NCBI GenBank assembly: GCA_038867615.1
Contig: JAWBYA010000005.1
Span: 113,749 to 137,748, forward strand
Length of the DNA: 24,000 nucleotides
Source: Sulfolobales archaeon
GTDB taxonomy: Archaea > Thermoproteota > Thermoprotei_A > Sulfolobales > AG1
Reading direction: 5' to 3'
The notes under the pieces: generated by a model
What the model was told of the DNA's origin: nothing
Databases searched by the model: none
The model's input: only the letters and a program-made list of their open reading frames with translations
Program-made: the position numbers and the translations under genes
Shown: in pieces, positions 1-8,000 of the stretch
Layout: the number at the start of each line of letters is the position of its first letter
How positions within the stretch are numbered: position 1 is the first letter of the stretch

Positions 1-922
1 CCTGCGCGAGTCTCCTCAATACAGGCATGATCCTTATGAGATCGTCTTTACCAACCACAGTGTTTATCGCAACCCACTCAGGATCTGCTAGAGGACTTAT
101 AGTCGGGCTCTTGAGTGCTGGGAGGGTTTTCAGAAGCTCTTCTAGGTTTTTCTTCTTAACATTGATGAATATATGGTATCTAGATCTTGCATCTATAACT
201 CCCCTCATTATAGCCACTATATCGGAGATCTTCTCCCTCTTAACAGGATCTCTGAGAGATCCTGGGCTTGCTATCAGCACAGCCTGTGATTCTAGAACCA
301 TATCGATCGCTTCTAACCCGTTGCTCTCCAACGTAGTCCCGGTTTCTGAAACATCTATGATAGCATCAGCCTCTTCAGGAGGCTTCGCCTCTGTAGCTCC
401 GAAGGATAGTATCACCTGAACCATGGTATTATCACCCCACCTGCTCCAGGGAGTTATTACAAGTGGTCTTGATGATCCATAGTACTTTTTATAACTCTCC
501 CTACTGGAGATAAACCTAGAGGCTGTGTTGAGATACTCGGTAGAGATCCTCAAGATCCTTTTCTCCTCTGCAAACCTCTTAACAAGATCTTCAGCACTCC
601 TGTACCCAGATCCTCTTGGTACTGCGAGGACTAGCTTAACCCTCCCTATCCCTAGCTCTAGGAGAGGCCTAACCTTATCCTCAACCCCCTGCTCCAGAAC
701 CCAATCGATCCCTGTGATCCCTATGTCGTATAGCCCTTCGTAAACATATATCGGGATCTCCTGGGGCCTCAGGATCTTAACGCATATATCGGGATCGCTT
801 GCTATTATAGGTCTATAGCTCCTCTCCTTACCTATCAGTGTGTAGCCAGCTCTCTCGAGAAAATCATAGACCGTCTTCTCGAGAGATCCCTTGGGTATAG
901 CGAGTTTAACGAGGCATGCAAT
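1..922 (-). CDS. hisG: ATP phosphoribosyltransferase HisG (long form); C-terminal end runs off the left edge; start codon unresolved
   Basis: The minus-strand frame reads ...VKLAIPKGSLEKTVYDFLERAGY...YDIGITGIDWVLE...RISTEY...VILSFGATEAKPPEEADAIIDVSETGTTLESNGL...SQAVLIASP. This is followed by a regulatory-domain-like tail. It is missing from the ORF track because the frame has no ATG/GTG/TTG start and leaves the window. Confidence 0.85.
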   Translation of the reverse strand, partial: MACLVKLAIPKGSLEKTVYDFLERAGYTLIGKERSYRPIIASDPDICVKILRPQEIPIYVYEGLYDIGITGIDWVLEQGVEDKVRPLLELGIGRVKLVLAVPRGSGYRSAEDLVKRFAEEKRILRISTEYLNTASRFISSRESYKKYYGSSRPLVITPWSRWGDNTMVQVILSFGATEAKPPEEADAIIDVSETGTTLESNGLEAIDMVLESQAVLIASPGSLRDPVKREKISDIVAIMRGVIDARSRYHIFINVKKKNLEELLKTLPALKSPTISPLADPEWVAINTVVGKDDLIRIMPVLRRLAQ

Positions 923-1076
923 AACGAACCACCCCGGATGTTCTATATGTTTTCTCGATGATCCTCTCTCTAATGTTTATTTCTGGGCTTCTTCTCATCA
1001 AAGATCTAGGTGTGAATACACATCCCTGACGCCTTGTAGAAAAGGCTATGGATGCTTATAAGCATTTCGCCTACTG

Positions 1077-1087
1077 TATTTATTAAT
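1077..1087 (+). promoter_or_regulatory. TATA-like box upstream of the PCNA gene
   Basis: TATTTATTAAT ends about 29 nt before ATG 1116, the spacing expected for an archaeal near-leaderless promoter. A 14-bp perfect palindrome, ATGCTTATAAGCAT, lies at 1052-1065. Confidence 0.35.
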
Positions 1088-1115
1088 CGCCCTGTATTTT
1101 CTCTGGTGGTGAGCC

Positions 1116-1880
1116 ATGTCATCCTTCGTATCGATAGAGCCTAAGGTTTCCCTCGTCTTCAGCGATATCAAGGTTCCCAAGGCTATTGTTGATTCCCTCA
1201 AAGGGCTTGTTGACGAGGTTTTGGTTACTATAGATAGCAGTGGTTTTCGCCTCACAGCTCTCGACCCTGCCAAGGTATCGATGCTCACTCTAGAGATACC
1301 CTCGAGCGCCTTTCTGGAGCTTAGGGTTGACAGGGAGCTCTCTCTAGGAATATCTATGCAGAATCTAGAACTAACCCTAGAGGGTGTTAAGAAGAACGAG
1401 AGGTACGTCTTGGCAAGCGATGGTGAGTTCATAGAAGTTGTTATAGAGGGTCTTCCCACGAGGAGATTTAAGTTTAGAAGCATAGAGCTCCCAAGCGAGG
1501 TACCAAGCATAGATGTTCAATACGATGTTGACGCTATAATAGGTATAGATCCCTTCAAACTCGCGATCAAGGATATAGCATCGATAGGATCCTACGCCCT
1601 TCTCAGGGCGGAGAACGAGGAGGCCCTCGAGATCATGGAGGCCTCTACCAAGAGGGGTCTTGCAAGGCTTACAAGAGCCTCTGGGGCTTTAATAGATCTA
1701 AGGGTTAACAGACCCTCGAGCTGCTCCTACGAGATCAGCTATATAGAGAAGGTCCTATCCCTAGCCAAGCTGGCATCACAGCTACAGGCAAGCTTCTCCA
1801 ACGACTCCCCACTCAGACTGATATTCCCCCTCGTTATGGGGGGTACGGCTACCTTCTACCTAGCGCCCCAGGCTGTGTAG
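1116..1880 (+). CDS. pcn: DNA polymerase sliding clamp (PCNA)
   Basis: 254 aa, the typical PCNA length. The layout matches: N-terminal ...LKGLVDEVLVTIDSSGFRLTALDPAKVSMLTLEIPSSAF..., and the C terminus ends YLAPQAV (PCNA-type LAPR/Q tail). Confidence 0.85.
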   Translation: MSSFVSIEPKVSLVFSDIKVPKAIVDSLKGLVDEVLVTIDSSGFRLTALDPAKVSMLTLEIPSSAFLELRVDRELSLGISMQNLELTLEGVKKNERYVLASDGEFIEVVIEGLPTRRFKFRSIELPSEVPSIDVQYDVDAIIGIDPFKLAIKDIASIGSYALLRAENEEALEIMEASTKRGLARLTRASGALIDLRVNRPSSCSYEISYIEKVLSLAKLASQLQASFSNDSPLRLIFPLVMGGTATFYLAPQAV

Positions 1881-1884
1881 CAGC

Positions 1885-2457
1885 ATGAAGATCTATGTGG
1901 AGCATCTTGAAGAGGAGCTGGGGAGATGGTTATTAGCCGAGTATAGGAACAGCTATAGGATCGCTGGGGATCTTCTCCTAATAACAGGGGCCGAGATACC
2001 AGGGATCCCTAGCACAGCAAAAAGGATCCACGAGATCGCGGATCCCTCAAGGCTCGTAATACTAGACCCCCAAGCTGAGGAGGAGCTCAAGCCAGAGGAT
2101 CTCCTGGGATGCGATGGCGTTGTAATAGGCGGGATCCTTGGCTCACACCCTCCCCTCGGAAGGACTAAGAAGCTCCTCTCAGACAGGCTTCCCAAGGCGG
2201 TTAAGAGAAACATAGGAAGGCATCAGTTCTCAATAGATGGGAGCGTCTATATAGCCCTACAGATCATTAGGGGTAAGAGGCTCAGAGACATACCATTCAC
2301 CGTGGGTGTCACGATAAAGAGGAAGCTAGGCCCTGTGGAACACGAGATCCACCTCCCATACGCCTACCCCTTGGTAGATGGAAGACCACTATTATCAGAA
2401 GAACTCATAGAACTTCTAGTCGGGTCAAGCAACTATGTCGTTGAATACCACATATAG
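1885..2457 (+). CDS. Predicted SPOUT-class SAM-dependent RNA methyltransferase (DUF431/PF04252-like)
   Basis: The N terminus MKIYVEHLEEELGRWLLAEYRNS resembles, as I recall it, the DUF431 signature (IEH.E..L..W...EY). The gene starts 4 nt after the PCNA stop. Confidence 0.5.
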   Translation: MKIYVEHLEEELGRWLLAEYRNSYRIAGDLLLITGAEIPGIPSTAKRIHEIADPSRLVILDPQAEEELKPEDLLGCDGVVIGGILGSHPPLGRTKKLLSDRLPKAVKRNIGRHQFSIDGSVYIALQIIRGKRLRDIPFTVGVTIKRKLGPVEHEIHLPYAYPLVDGRPLLSEELIELLVGSSNYVVEYHI

Positions 2458-2611
2458 ACCTGTAATCTAGCCGTTCTCATCGGTCATCAACATCACCATG
2501 GGCAGAAGGATCATAGAGGTCTGGATTTCATAACACTAAACCCACATCAGTATTAATTACTATGAAAAACACCAAAGACCCATAGCTCGGAACCCAAGCT
2601 AAGGTGAGTAT

Positions 2612-2644
2612 ATATAATAGTTAAGTATAATAATATAATAGTTA
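2612..2644. repeat. 12-nt direct repeat ATATAATAGTTA x2 (2612-2623 and 2633-2644, 21-nt period) inside a nearly pure A/T block
   Basis: Read directly from the sequence. The repeat is flanked by inverted TATATATAA / TTATATATA. It lies immediately upstream of the DUF47 gene and probably holds stacked TATA boxes. Confidence 0.5.
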
Positions 2645-2670
2645 TATATAAAATCCTTCTAGCAGTAGTA

Positions 2671-3366
2671 GTGGGGGTTGGTGCTCTGAAAAGGATATTT
2701 GACAGGATATCCCCAAAGACGCCTGAAAGAGAGATGTTTGATACTCTTGTCAAGCACCTCGACATATCGCTCAAGGCCCTAGACACGGCATACGAGATGG
2801 TTTCTGGTCGCTGCAAAGATCCTGGCGAGGCTGCTGAGAGGGCCAACGAGGTCCTTCTGATGGAGAGGGAGGCTGACGAGCTTGCCGAGGATCTGTTTGT
2901 AAAGATCATCAAGGGATCCATGCCTCCCGTCATAGTCTCAGAGCTCCAATACCTAGTCGATAAGACAGACGACATAATGGATCACATATACTTCATCGGA
3001 ATGGAGATGTCCAGAGCCTATCGCAACGGCCTTACCCAGAACCAGCTTCTAGGACAGATCTACTCCGATATAGGGTTGATGATGAGCCTTGCAAAATCCG
3101 GTTTGAAAAAACTGCGAGAGCTATATGTAAAGGCTTTTAGAGATAGAGAAACCACCTTGAAGTTGAAGGCCGAGATAGACGTGATCGAGGATAAGATAGA
3201 CGAGGTGAAAAACCAGGTTCTTAACAAGATCTACGAGGGTGGGGGTCTAAAGCCTATAGAGATATTCCACGCAATACAGCTTATAAGAACAGTCGACGAT
3301 ATAGCTGACGCCACAGAAGATGCTGCCCACGCGGTGGTGAGGCTTGAAAGCTCTATTATATCGTAA
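2671..3366 (+). CDS. DUF47 / PhoU-like (PhoU_div) protein
   Basis: Helical protein with a pattern typical of the DUF47 family: ...MFDTLVKHLDISLKALDTAYEMV...LLMEREADELAEDLFVKI...LVDKTDDIMDHI...IRTVDDIADATEDAA. The start is GTG 2671; ATG 2734 is an alternative. Confidence 0.7.
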   Translation: MGVGALKRIFDRISPKTPEREMFDTLVKHLDISLKALDTAYEMVSGRCKDPGEAAERANEVLLMEREADELAEDLFVKIIKGSMPPVIVSELQYLVDKTDDIMDHIYFIGMEMSRAYRNGLTQNQLLGQIYSDIGLMMSLAKSGLKKLRELYVKAFRDRETTLKLKAEIDVIEDKIDEVKNQVLNKIYEGGGLKPIEIFHAIQLIRTVDDIADATEDAAHAVVRLESSIIS

Positions 3367-3382
3367 ACATGCTAGGGAAAAG

Positions 3383-4840
3383 CTAGCCCTTAGCAACCCC
3401 TATTGGTCTAAGCCTTGCAACTAGCTTCGCTATCTTAACCCTATCAGCTACAAGGGCTACTTTATCAACATCCTTATAGGCTCCTGGAGCCTCTTCCGAT
3501 ACTATCCTTGCATCAACAGCCCTCACATATATCCCTCTCCTGCTCAGCTCGTTTATAACCTGGCTCGCTGGATAGCTCCTAACAGCCCCAGCCCTGCTCA
3601 TCCACCTCCCAGCACCGTGTGGTGCTGAGTAGAATGTCCTTATACTCTCAGGTATCCCCACCATAACGAAGCTCCCAGACCCCATGCTACCTGGTATTAG
3701 AACAACCTGCCCTGTCTCCTGGTGCTCTTTAGGTATCTCCGGATGACCTGGTGGGAAAGCCCTGGTGGCTCCCTTTCTATGAACAACAACCTTTCTCCTC
3801 TTCCCATCTATATCGTACTCCTCTATCTTTGCTATATTATGGGCCACGTCGTAGATTATGCTTAGATCTAGTTTATCGGGATCGACGTGGAACACCTGCC
3901 TAAAACTCTCCCTAACCCAGTGGGTTATGAGCTGCCTGTTAGTGAAGGCAAAGTTAGCCGCAGCCCCCATGGCTTGGAAATAGTCCTGTGCCTCTTTAGT
4001 ATTGAATGGCACGGATGCGAGCTCCCTGTCAGGCGGGTTGACGCCGTATTTCTTCATAGCCCTCTCCATGATCATTAGATAGTCGCTAGCAACCTGGTGC
4101 CCAAGCCCTCTAGATCCGCAGTGGGCCATCACAACAACCTGACCCTCGCTGAATATCCCGAGCTTCTTAGCGATAGTGGGGTCGAAGACCTTGTCGACGA
4201 CCTGGACCTCGAGGAAGTGGTTCCCAGCACCAAGCGTCCCCAGCTGCTCCTTACCCCTATCCTTAGCTGTTTTGGAAACCTTGTCAGGGTTAGCCCAGTC
4301 TATAAAGCCCCTCGACTCTATATGGTATTTATCATCAGCCCATCCATAGCCCTTCTGTATAGCCCAGTCAACACCCATGCTGAGCACGTTGTTTATATCC
4401 TGCACAGACACCCTGATCTTACCCTCAGCACCAACCCCGCTGGGGATGTTCTCGAAAAGAGTGTCTACAAGCTCCTTAAGCTTCGGCCTAACATCCTTCT
4501 CCATAAGGTTTGTCCTTATAAGCCTAACACCACAGTTAATATCATACCCAACACCTCCAGGGCTTATCACACCCTCATCGACATCGAAAGCAGCAACACC
4601 GCCTATGGGGAAGCCATAGCCCTGATGCCCGTCAGGCATTACATATACCTTACCAACAACACCTGGGAGTGTTGCTACATTAGCACCCTGTACTAGGGTC
4701 ATATCCTCCCTCATCTTCTTTATAAGAAACTCATCGCCAAACACAATAACATCTGTCCTCATACCAGGCCTAGCACCCTTAGGTATGATCCATGTATACT
4801 CGTCTGGACCTCTCTCGATCCTTATCGACACGACATCCAC
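3383..4840 (-). CDS. rtcB: RNA 3'-phosphate/tRNA-splicing ligase RtcB
   Basis: 485 aa with RtcB hallmarks: GYDINCGVR, GAGNHFLEVQ, HCGSRGLGHQ, HNIAKIE, PHGAGR. It is contiguous with no intein. The start codon is GTG. Confidence 0.95.
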   Translation of the reverse strand: MDVVSIRIERGPDEYTWIIPKGARPGMRTDVIVFGDEFLIKKMREDMTLVQGANVATLPGVVGKVYVMPDGHQGYGFPIGGVAAFDVDEGVISPGGVGYDINCGVRLIRTNLMEKDVRPKLKELVDTLFENIPSGVGAEGKIRVSVQDINNVLSMGVDWAIQKGYGWADDKYHIESRGFIDWANPDKVSKTAKDRGKEQLGTLGAGNHFLEVQVVDKVFDPTIAKKLGIFSEGQVVVMAHCGSRGLGHQVASDYLMIMERAMKKYGVNPPDRELASVPFNTKEAQDYFQAMGAAANFAFTNRQLITHWVRESFRQVFHVDPDKLDLSIIYDVAHNIAKIEEYDIDGKRRKVVVHRKGATRAFPPGHPEIPKEHQETGQVVLIPGSMGSGSFVMVGIPESIRTFYSAPHGAGRWMSRAGAVRSYPASQVINELSRRGIYVRAVDARIVSEEAPGAYKDVDKVALVADRVKIAKLVARLRPIGVAKG

Positions 4841-4863
4841 CTAATTATATTGCCCACAGCACC

Positions 4864-4879
4864 TTTTATCCTTATATAT
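4864..4879 (-). promoter_or_regulatory. TATA box of rtcB
   Basis: The minus strand reads GATATATAAGGATAAAA, centred about 27-34 nt upstream of the GTG at 4840. Confidence 0.4.
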
Positions 4880-4962
4880 CATTATAGAGGTTCATACGGG
4901 GTTCAGACCCCATAGCGTTGATACCTCAGAATGCTCTTCTTCACATAACTATTACGCCCATA

Positions 4963-4984
4963 TCATAGAATAAAGAATAAAACC
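4963..4984 (-). terminator. T-rich tract downstream of the peptidase gene
   Basis: The minus strand reads GGTTTTATTCTTTATTCTATGA, 37 nt after the stop at 5021. Archaeal terminators are oligo-T tracts. Confidence 0.3.
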
Positions 4985-5020
4985 TATAGCGTGTTGAGGA
5001 GAAAGCTCTATGCTGCTCTA

Positions 5021-6181
5021 CTAGTATCTAATAATCCTGGAGGGCTTTGTCAAGACCTCGGCTCCCTTGCTTGTCACCACCAACAATTCCTCGAGCCTGA
5101 TACCAAACCTTCCTGGTATATATACCCCGGGCTCTATTGTCACCACATACCCTTCTCTAAGCTCATCGTTAGAAGATCTTGATAGGAGGGGTGGTTCGTG
5201 AACCTCGACACCAACACCGTGTCCCAGCGCGTGTATAAAGTATCTACCATAGCCCTTCTTCTCAAGAACCTTTCTTGCCGCCTCATCAACCTCCGAGGCC
5301 TTGACTCCGGGGCTTACCTTCTCTATAGCTGTGTTGAGGGCTTCCTCAACAGCCTCTAGGGCTCTCAACTCTTCTGAACCAACACCGCCTCCCACAAGCA
5401 TCCTTGTCATGTCGGATACGTATCCTGAGTATACCGCCCCCATATCTATGACCACAACATCTCTCGACGAGATCCTCCTATCCCCTGGCTCTGCGTGTGG
5501 GTAAGAGGCATTCGGGCCTGAAGCCACTATCGTTGGGAATGCATACCCGTCAGAGCCATGTATTCTCAATGCTCTATCAAGCATCCCAGCCAGCTCCCTC
5601 TCACTCATACCCTCCCTAACGCTTCCTGTAACTTCCATGAATGCCTTTGACGCTATCTCGGCGGATCTCGATATAGCCTCGATCTCGCTTTTTGTCTTCA
5701 AAGCCCTGATCCTTGAGAGATCTTCTGAGAGATCTATGCATCTACCCGAGAGGATCTCGAGAAGTCTTTTGCCCAGGTATGAGTAGTCACACCCAAAGGC
5801 CCCCTTAGCACCTAGCTCCTTTTTAATAATCTCCTCAACGCCTCCCCTTATGAGGGGCATATCTTCTGGAGGCTCCACCGGGTATCTCTGATAAGCTATA
5901 ACCTCTACATCCTTAACCCTGGATACGTGATCCCTGATCCTCGTGTATTCGAGCACAGGCACATAGACCCTGGCCTTTCTATCACTGATAACAGTGATCG
6001 CTGAAACCCCTTTCCCCAAGAACCACCTATTCATAGACTCGCTCGCGATTAGAAGCCCTCTTAGAGAGAGCTCTTCGACCAGTGATGAGACCCTTGATAG
6101 CTTCTCCTCAAGGATCCTTACCGCAATCCCGCTTTCCATCAATATACACCGAGATATATCTTGTGAGGACTTATTTACCAA
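5021..6181 (-). CDS. Xaa-Pro dipeptidase/aminopeptidase, M24B family
   Basis: The metal-ligand motifs of the pita-bread fold are present: VVVIDMGAVYSGYVSDMTR, HALGHGVGVEVHE, VVTIEPGVY, IRLEELLVV. The start could instead be the internal ATG at 6139. Confidence 0.85.
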   Translation of the reverse strand: MVNKSSQDISRCILMESGIAVRILEEKLSRVSSLVEELSLRGLLIASESMNRWFLGKGVSAITVISDRKARVYVPVLEYTRIRDHVSRVKDVEVIAYQRYPVEPPEDMPLIRGGVEEIIKKELGAKGAFGCDYSYLGKRLLEILSGRCIDLSEDLSRIRALKTKSEIEAISRSAEIASKAFMEVTGSVREGMSERELAGMLDRALRIHGSDGYAFPTIVASGPNASYPHAEPGDRRISSRDVVVIDMGAVYSGYVSDMTRMLVGGGVGSEELRALEAVEEALNTAIEKVSPGVKASEVDEAARKVLEKKGYGRYFIHALGHGVGVEVHEPPLLSRSSNDELREGYVVTIEPGVYIPGRFGIRLEELLVVTSKGAEVLTKPSRIIRY

Positions 6182-6213
6182 CCATGATGAGTTCCTATAG
6201 CATATAACGAGAA

Positions 6214-6603
6214 TTACTGCTGGAGGTTAAAAGGCTTACCGCTTCTAAGGATCTCCTCGGGGATTTTGTCTCTATATTTTTTAAGGAACTCCCTATCCTC
6301 TCCCTCGTTTCTATACATGTCTGGAAGCATCCTCGGGATCTCATCGATCACTGGGTACCATCTCCCACACTTCCTACAATAGATCACCGCTGTGGCTATC
6401 TCTATAGCTATGCACTCCTCACACGGTGTCTCCACCTTCTCTTTCGAGAGGTCTTTTTTGAGATAGCTGCACCAGAGCTCACATAAAGGCTTACTCCTAC
6501 TCAGCTCTCTCTTCTGGTGCTTCTTCTCCTCAATAACTATCAACTCTAGGGGGAAGTTTTTACACATAGGGCATGCGAGTAGATCTACGAGTCTGTATTT
6601 CAT
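6214..6603 (-). CDS. Trm112-like zinc-ribbon protein (DUF343 family) with an inserted Cys-rich segment
   Basis: It carries the split Trm112 signature: N-terminal LLACPMCK..PL and C-terminal YCRKCGRWYPVIDEIPRMLPD. Extra CELWC and CEEC pairs lie between them. Its start overlaps the upstream mutase stop by 4 nt. Confidence 0.6.
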   Translation of the reverse strand: MKYRLVDLLACPMCKNFPLELIVIEEKKHQKRELSRSKPLCELWCSYLKKDLSKEKVETPCEECIAIEIATAVIYCRKCGRWYPVIDEIPRMLPDMYRNEGEDREFLKKYRDKIPEEILRSGKPFNLQQ

Positions 6604-7964
6604 CCAACAACCCCCCTTATTACTGAGAGAAGCTCGTTAAGTATCCTATCACCCTCATCTCTGCTAATAGCCTCCATCATGATCCTCACCACAGGCTCTG
6701 TACCAGAGGGTCTTACGAGGAACCAGCCTGTTTTGAGGTTAACCCTAACACCATCTATATTTATGGTATCACCACCCCTATACGCCTCCCTAACAGCCTC
6801 GACAACCTTGAGAGCCTTATCCCTATCCATTGGGATCTTGGTCTTGACTATATAGACTCTGGGGATTTGGGAGAAGAGCTGGGAAGCCTTCTCACCAGAA
6901 TAAGCCATTGCCTCGAGGAAGAGAGCGGATTTGGCCCCGCCATCCCTTATGGATAAGTGCTCGGGATACACAAAACCCCCGTTCTCCTCAAAAGCACACA
7001 TAGCCCCAGATCTCCTTATACCCTCGAAAAGCCTCTTTATACCAACAGCCGTGTATTCAACCTCAAAACCTCTCGACTTAAAGGCTCTTGCCACAAACTC
7101 CGAGGTCGATACAGCTGTAACGATCCTCCTAGGTTTCTTCGACCTCCCGCTCTCTGCGAGGTGTGTTGCTATTATAAAAGCACTCCTATCCCCCCAGTGG
7201 ATCTCACCGTCCTCCGATACAAAGATAGCCCTATCACCGTCGCTATCATGCCCAACACCCAGGTCTGCGCCCAACGCCCTCACAGCCCTCGAGAGATCTC
7301 CAAGAGTATCCGGGGTAGGTTCATAGGGTCTTGATGGCTGTGGCGAGGGGTTAGCGTTTATGGTGATAACCTTCACCCCAAGTCTTCTCATAATCTCTGG
7401 GGATGTGTGGGTTGTCACGCTATTAGCAGGATCGATCACAACCTTATACCCCTTCGAGGCTATTTTATCCCTATCCACGAGGGAAACGATCCTAGATATA
7501 TAGAGGTCGAGAACACCCCCAAGCTTTCTCACACTATGCCAAGCCTCAATATAGCTAGCCCTCCTGAACTTTGACTCGAAATACAGGGCCTCAACCTCCT
7601 CCTCAACACTATCGCTAACCTCAACACCATCAGGCCCCACTAGCTTTAATCCAACATACTCAGGGGGATTATGGCTTGCCGTGAACATAACCCCGCCATC
7701 AAAGCCCAGCTCCTTCACAGCCAGCTGGAGTGCGGGTGTAGGGATCTTCCCAGCATCGTAAACCTTAACCCCAGAGCTTATAAGACCAGAGACCCCTGCA
7801 TGGAGTATTGCTTCCGTACCGCCGCGATAGTCAGAGGCTATAAGGATCCTGGAGCCAGGGGCGAAGTAGCTCCCTATAGCCATACAGAGCCTGGCTGCCT
7901 CGACAACATCTAGCGTTTTGTTGAAAATACCTCTAACACCATCTGTCCCAAATAGCCTGGGCAT
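6600..7964 (-). CDS. Phosphohexomutase (phosphoglucosamine / phosphogluco / phosphomannomutase family)
   Basis: Motifs present: MPRLFGTDGVRG, the active-site loop FTASHNPPEYVGLK, the metal loop GVGHDSDGDR, the sugar loop FEENGGF and the phosphate loop RPSGTEP. The longest ORF starts at GTG 7988. ATG 7964 fits the TATA box at 7994-8002 better. Confidence 0.9.
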   Translation of the reverse strand: MPRLFGTDGVRGIFNKTLDVVEAARLCMAIGSYFAPGSRILIASDYRGGTEAILHAGVSGLISSGVKVYDAGKIPTPALQLAVKELGFDGGVMFTASHNPPEYVGLKLVGPDGVEVSDSVEEEVEALYFESKFRRASYIEAWHSVRKLGGVLDLYISRIVSLVDRDKIASKGYKVVIDPANSVTTHTSPEIMRRLGVKVITINANPSPQPSRPYEPTPDTLGDLSRAVRALGADLGVGHDSDGDRAIFVSEDGEIHWGDRSAFIIATHLAESGRSKKPRRIVTAVSTSEFVARAFKSRGFEVEYTAVGIKRLFEGIRRSGAMCAFEENGGFVYPEHLSIRDGGAKSALFLEAMAYSGEKASQLFSQIPRVYIVKTKIPMDRDKALKVVEAVREAYRGGDTINIDGVRVNLKTGWFLVRPSGTEPVVRIMMEAISRDEGDRILNELLSVIRGVVG

Positions 7965-8000
7965 GGTTATCCAAACATTATCTCCCACGGGTGTTATATA

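Noticed and set aside
27-743. Plus-strand ORFs 27-419 and 525-743
   Set aside because: Both lie entirely antisense to the well-supported hisG frame. Their translations are low-complexity (Ser/Leu/Thr/Pro/Arg-rich) with no recognisable motifs. They are shadow ORFs produced by codon bias.
1046-1510. 154-aa minus-strand ORF
   Set aside because: It is antisense to the PCNA gene and its promoter. The translation is Ser/Leu-rich with no motifs.
2595-2660. The A/T block as a replication-origin unwinding element
   Set aside because: I could find no ORB or mini-ORB-type inverted repeats flanking it. No orc1/cdc6 or whiP gene is adjacent. Its position fits a promoter.
2553-2975. 140-aa minus-strand ORF
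   Set aside because: It is antisense to the DUF47 gene and runs through the A/T promoter block. The sequence is low-complexity.
4097-4696. 199-aa and 80-aa plus-strand ORFs inside rtcB
   Set aside because: They are antisense to a full-length, motif-complete RtcB. They are shadow ORFs.
4930-4975. C/D-box-like elements on the minus strand (ATGATAT ... CTGA ... CTGA)
   Set aside because: The box sequences are degenerate, the spacings (30 and 19 nt) do not fit the C-12-D'-C'-12-D architecture, and there is no C' box.
6931-7334. 131-aa and 125-aa plus-strand ORFs
   Set aside because: They are antisense to the phosphohexomutase and have no motifs.
7965-7988. GTG 7988 as the start of the phosphohexomutase
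   Set aside because: The palindromic TATA at 7994-8002 would be only 5 nt away. ATG 7964 gives the family-typical MPRLFGTDGVRG N terminus at about 29 nt from the TATA.
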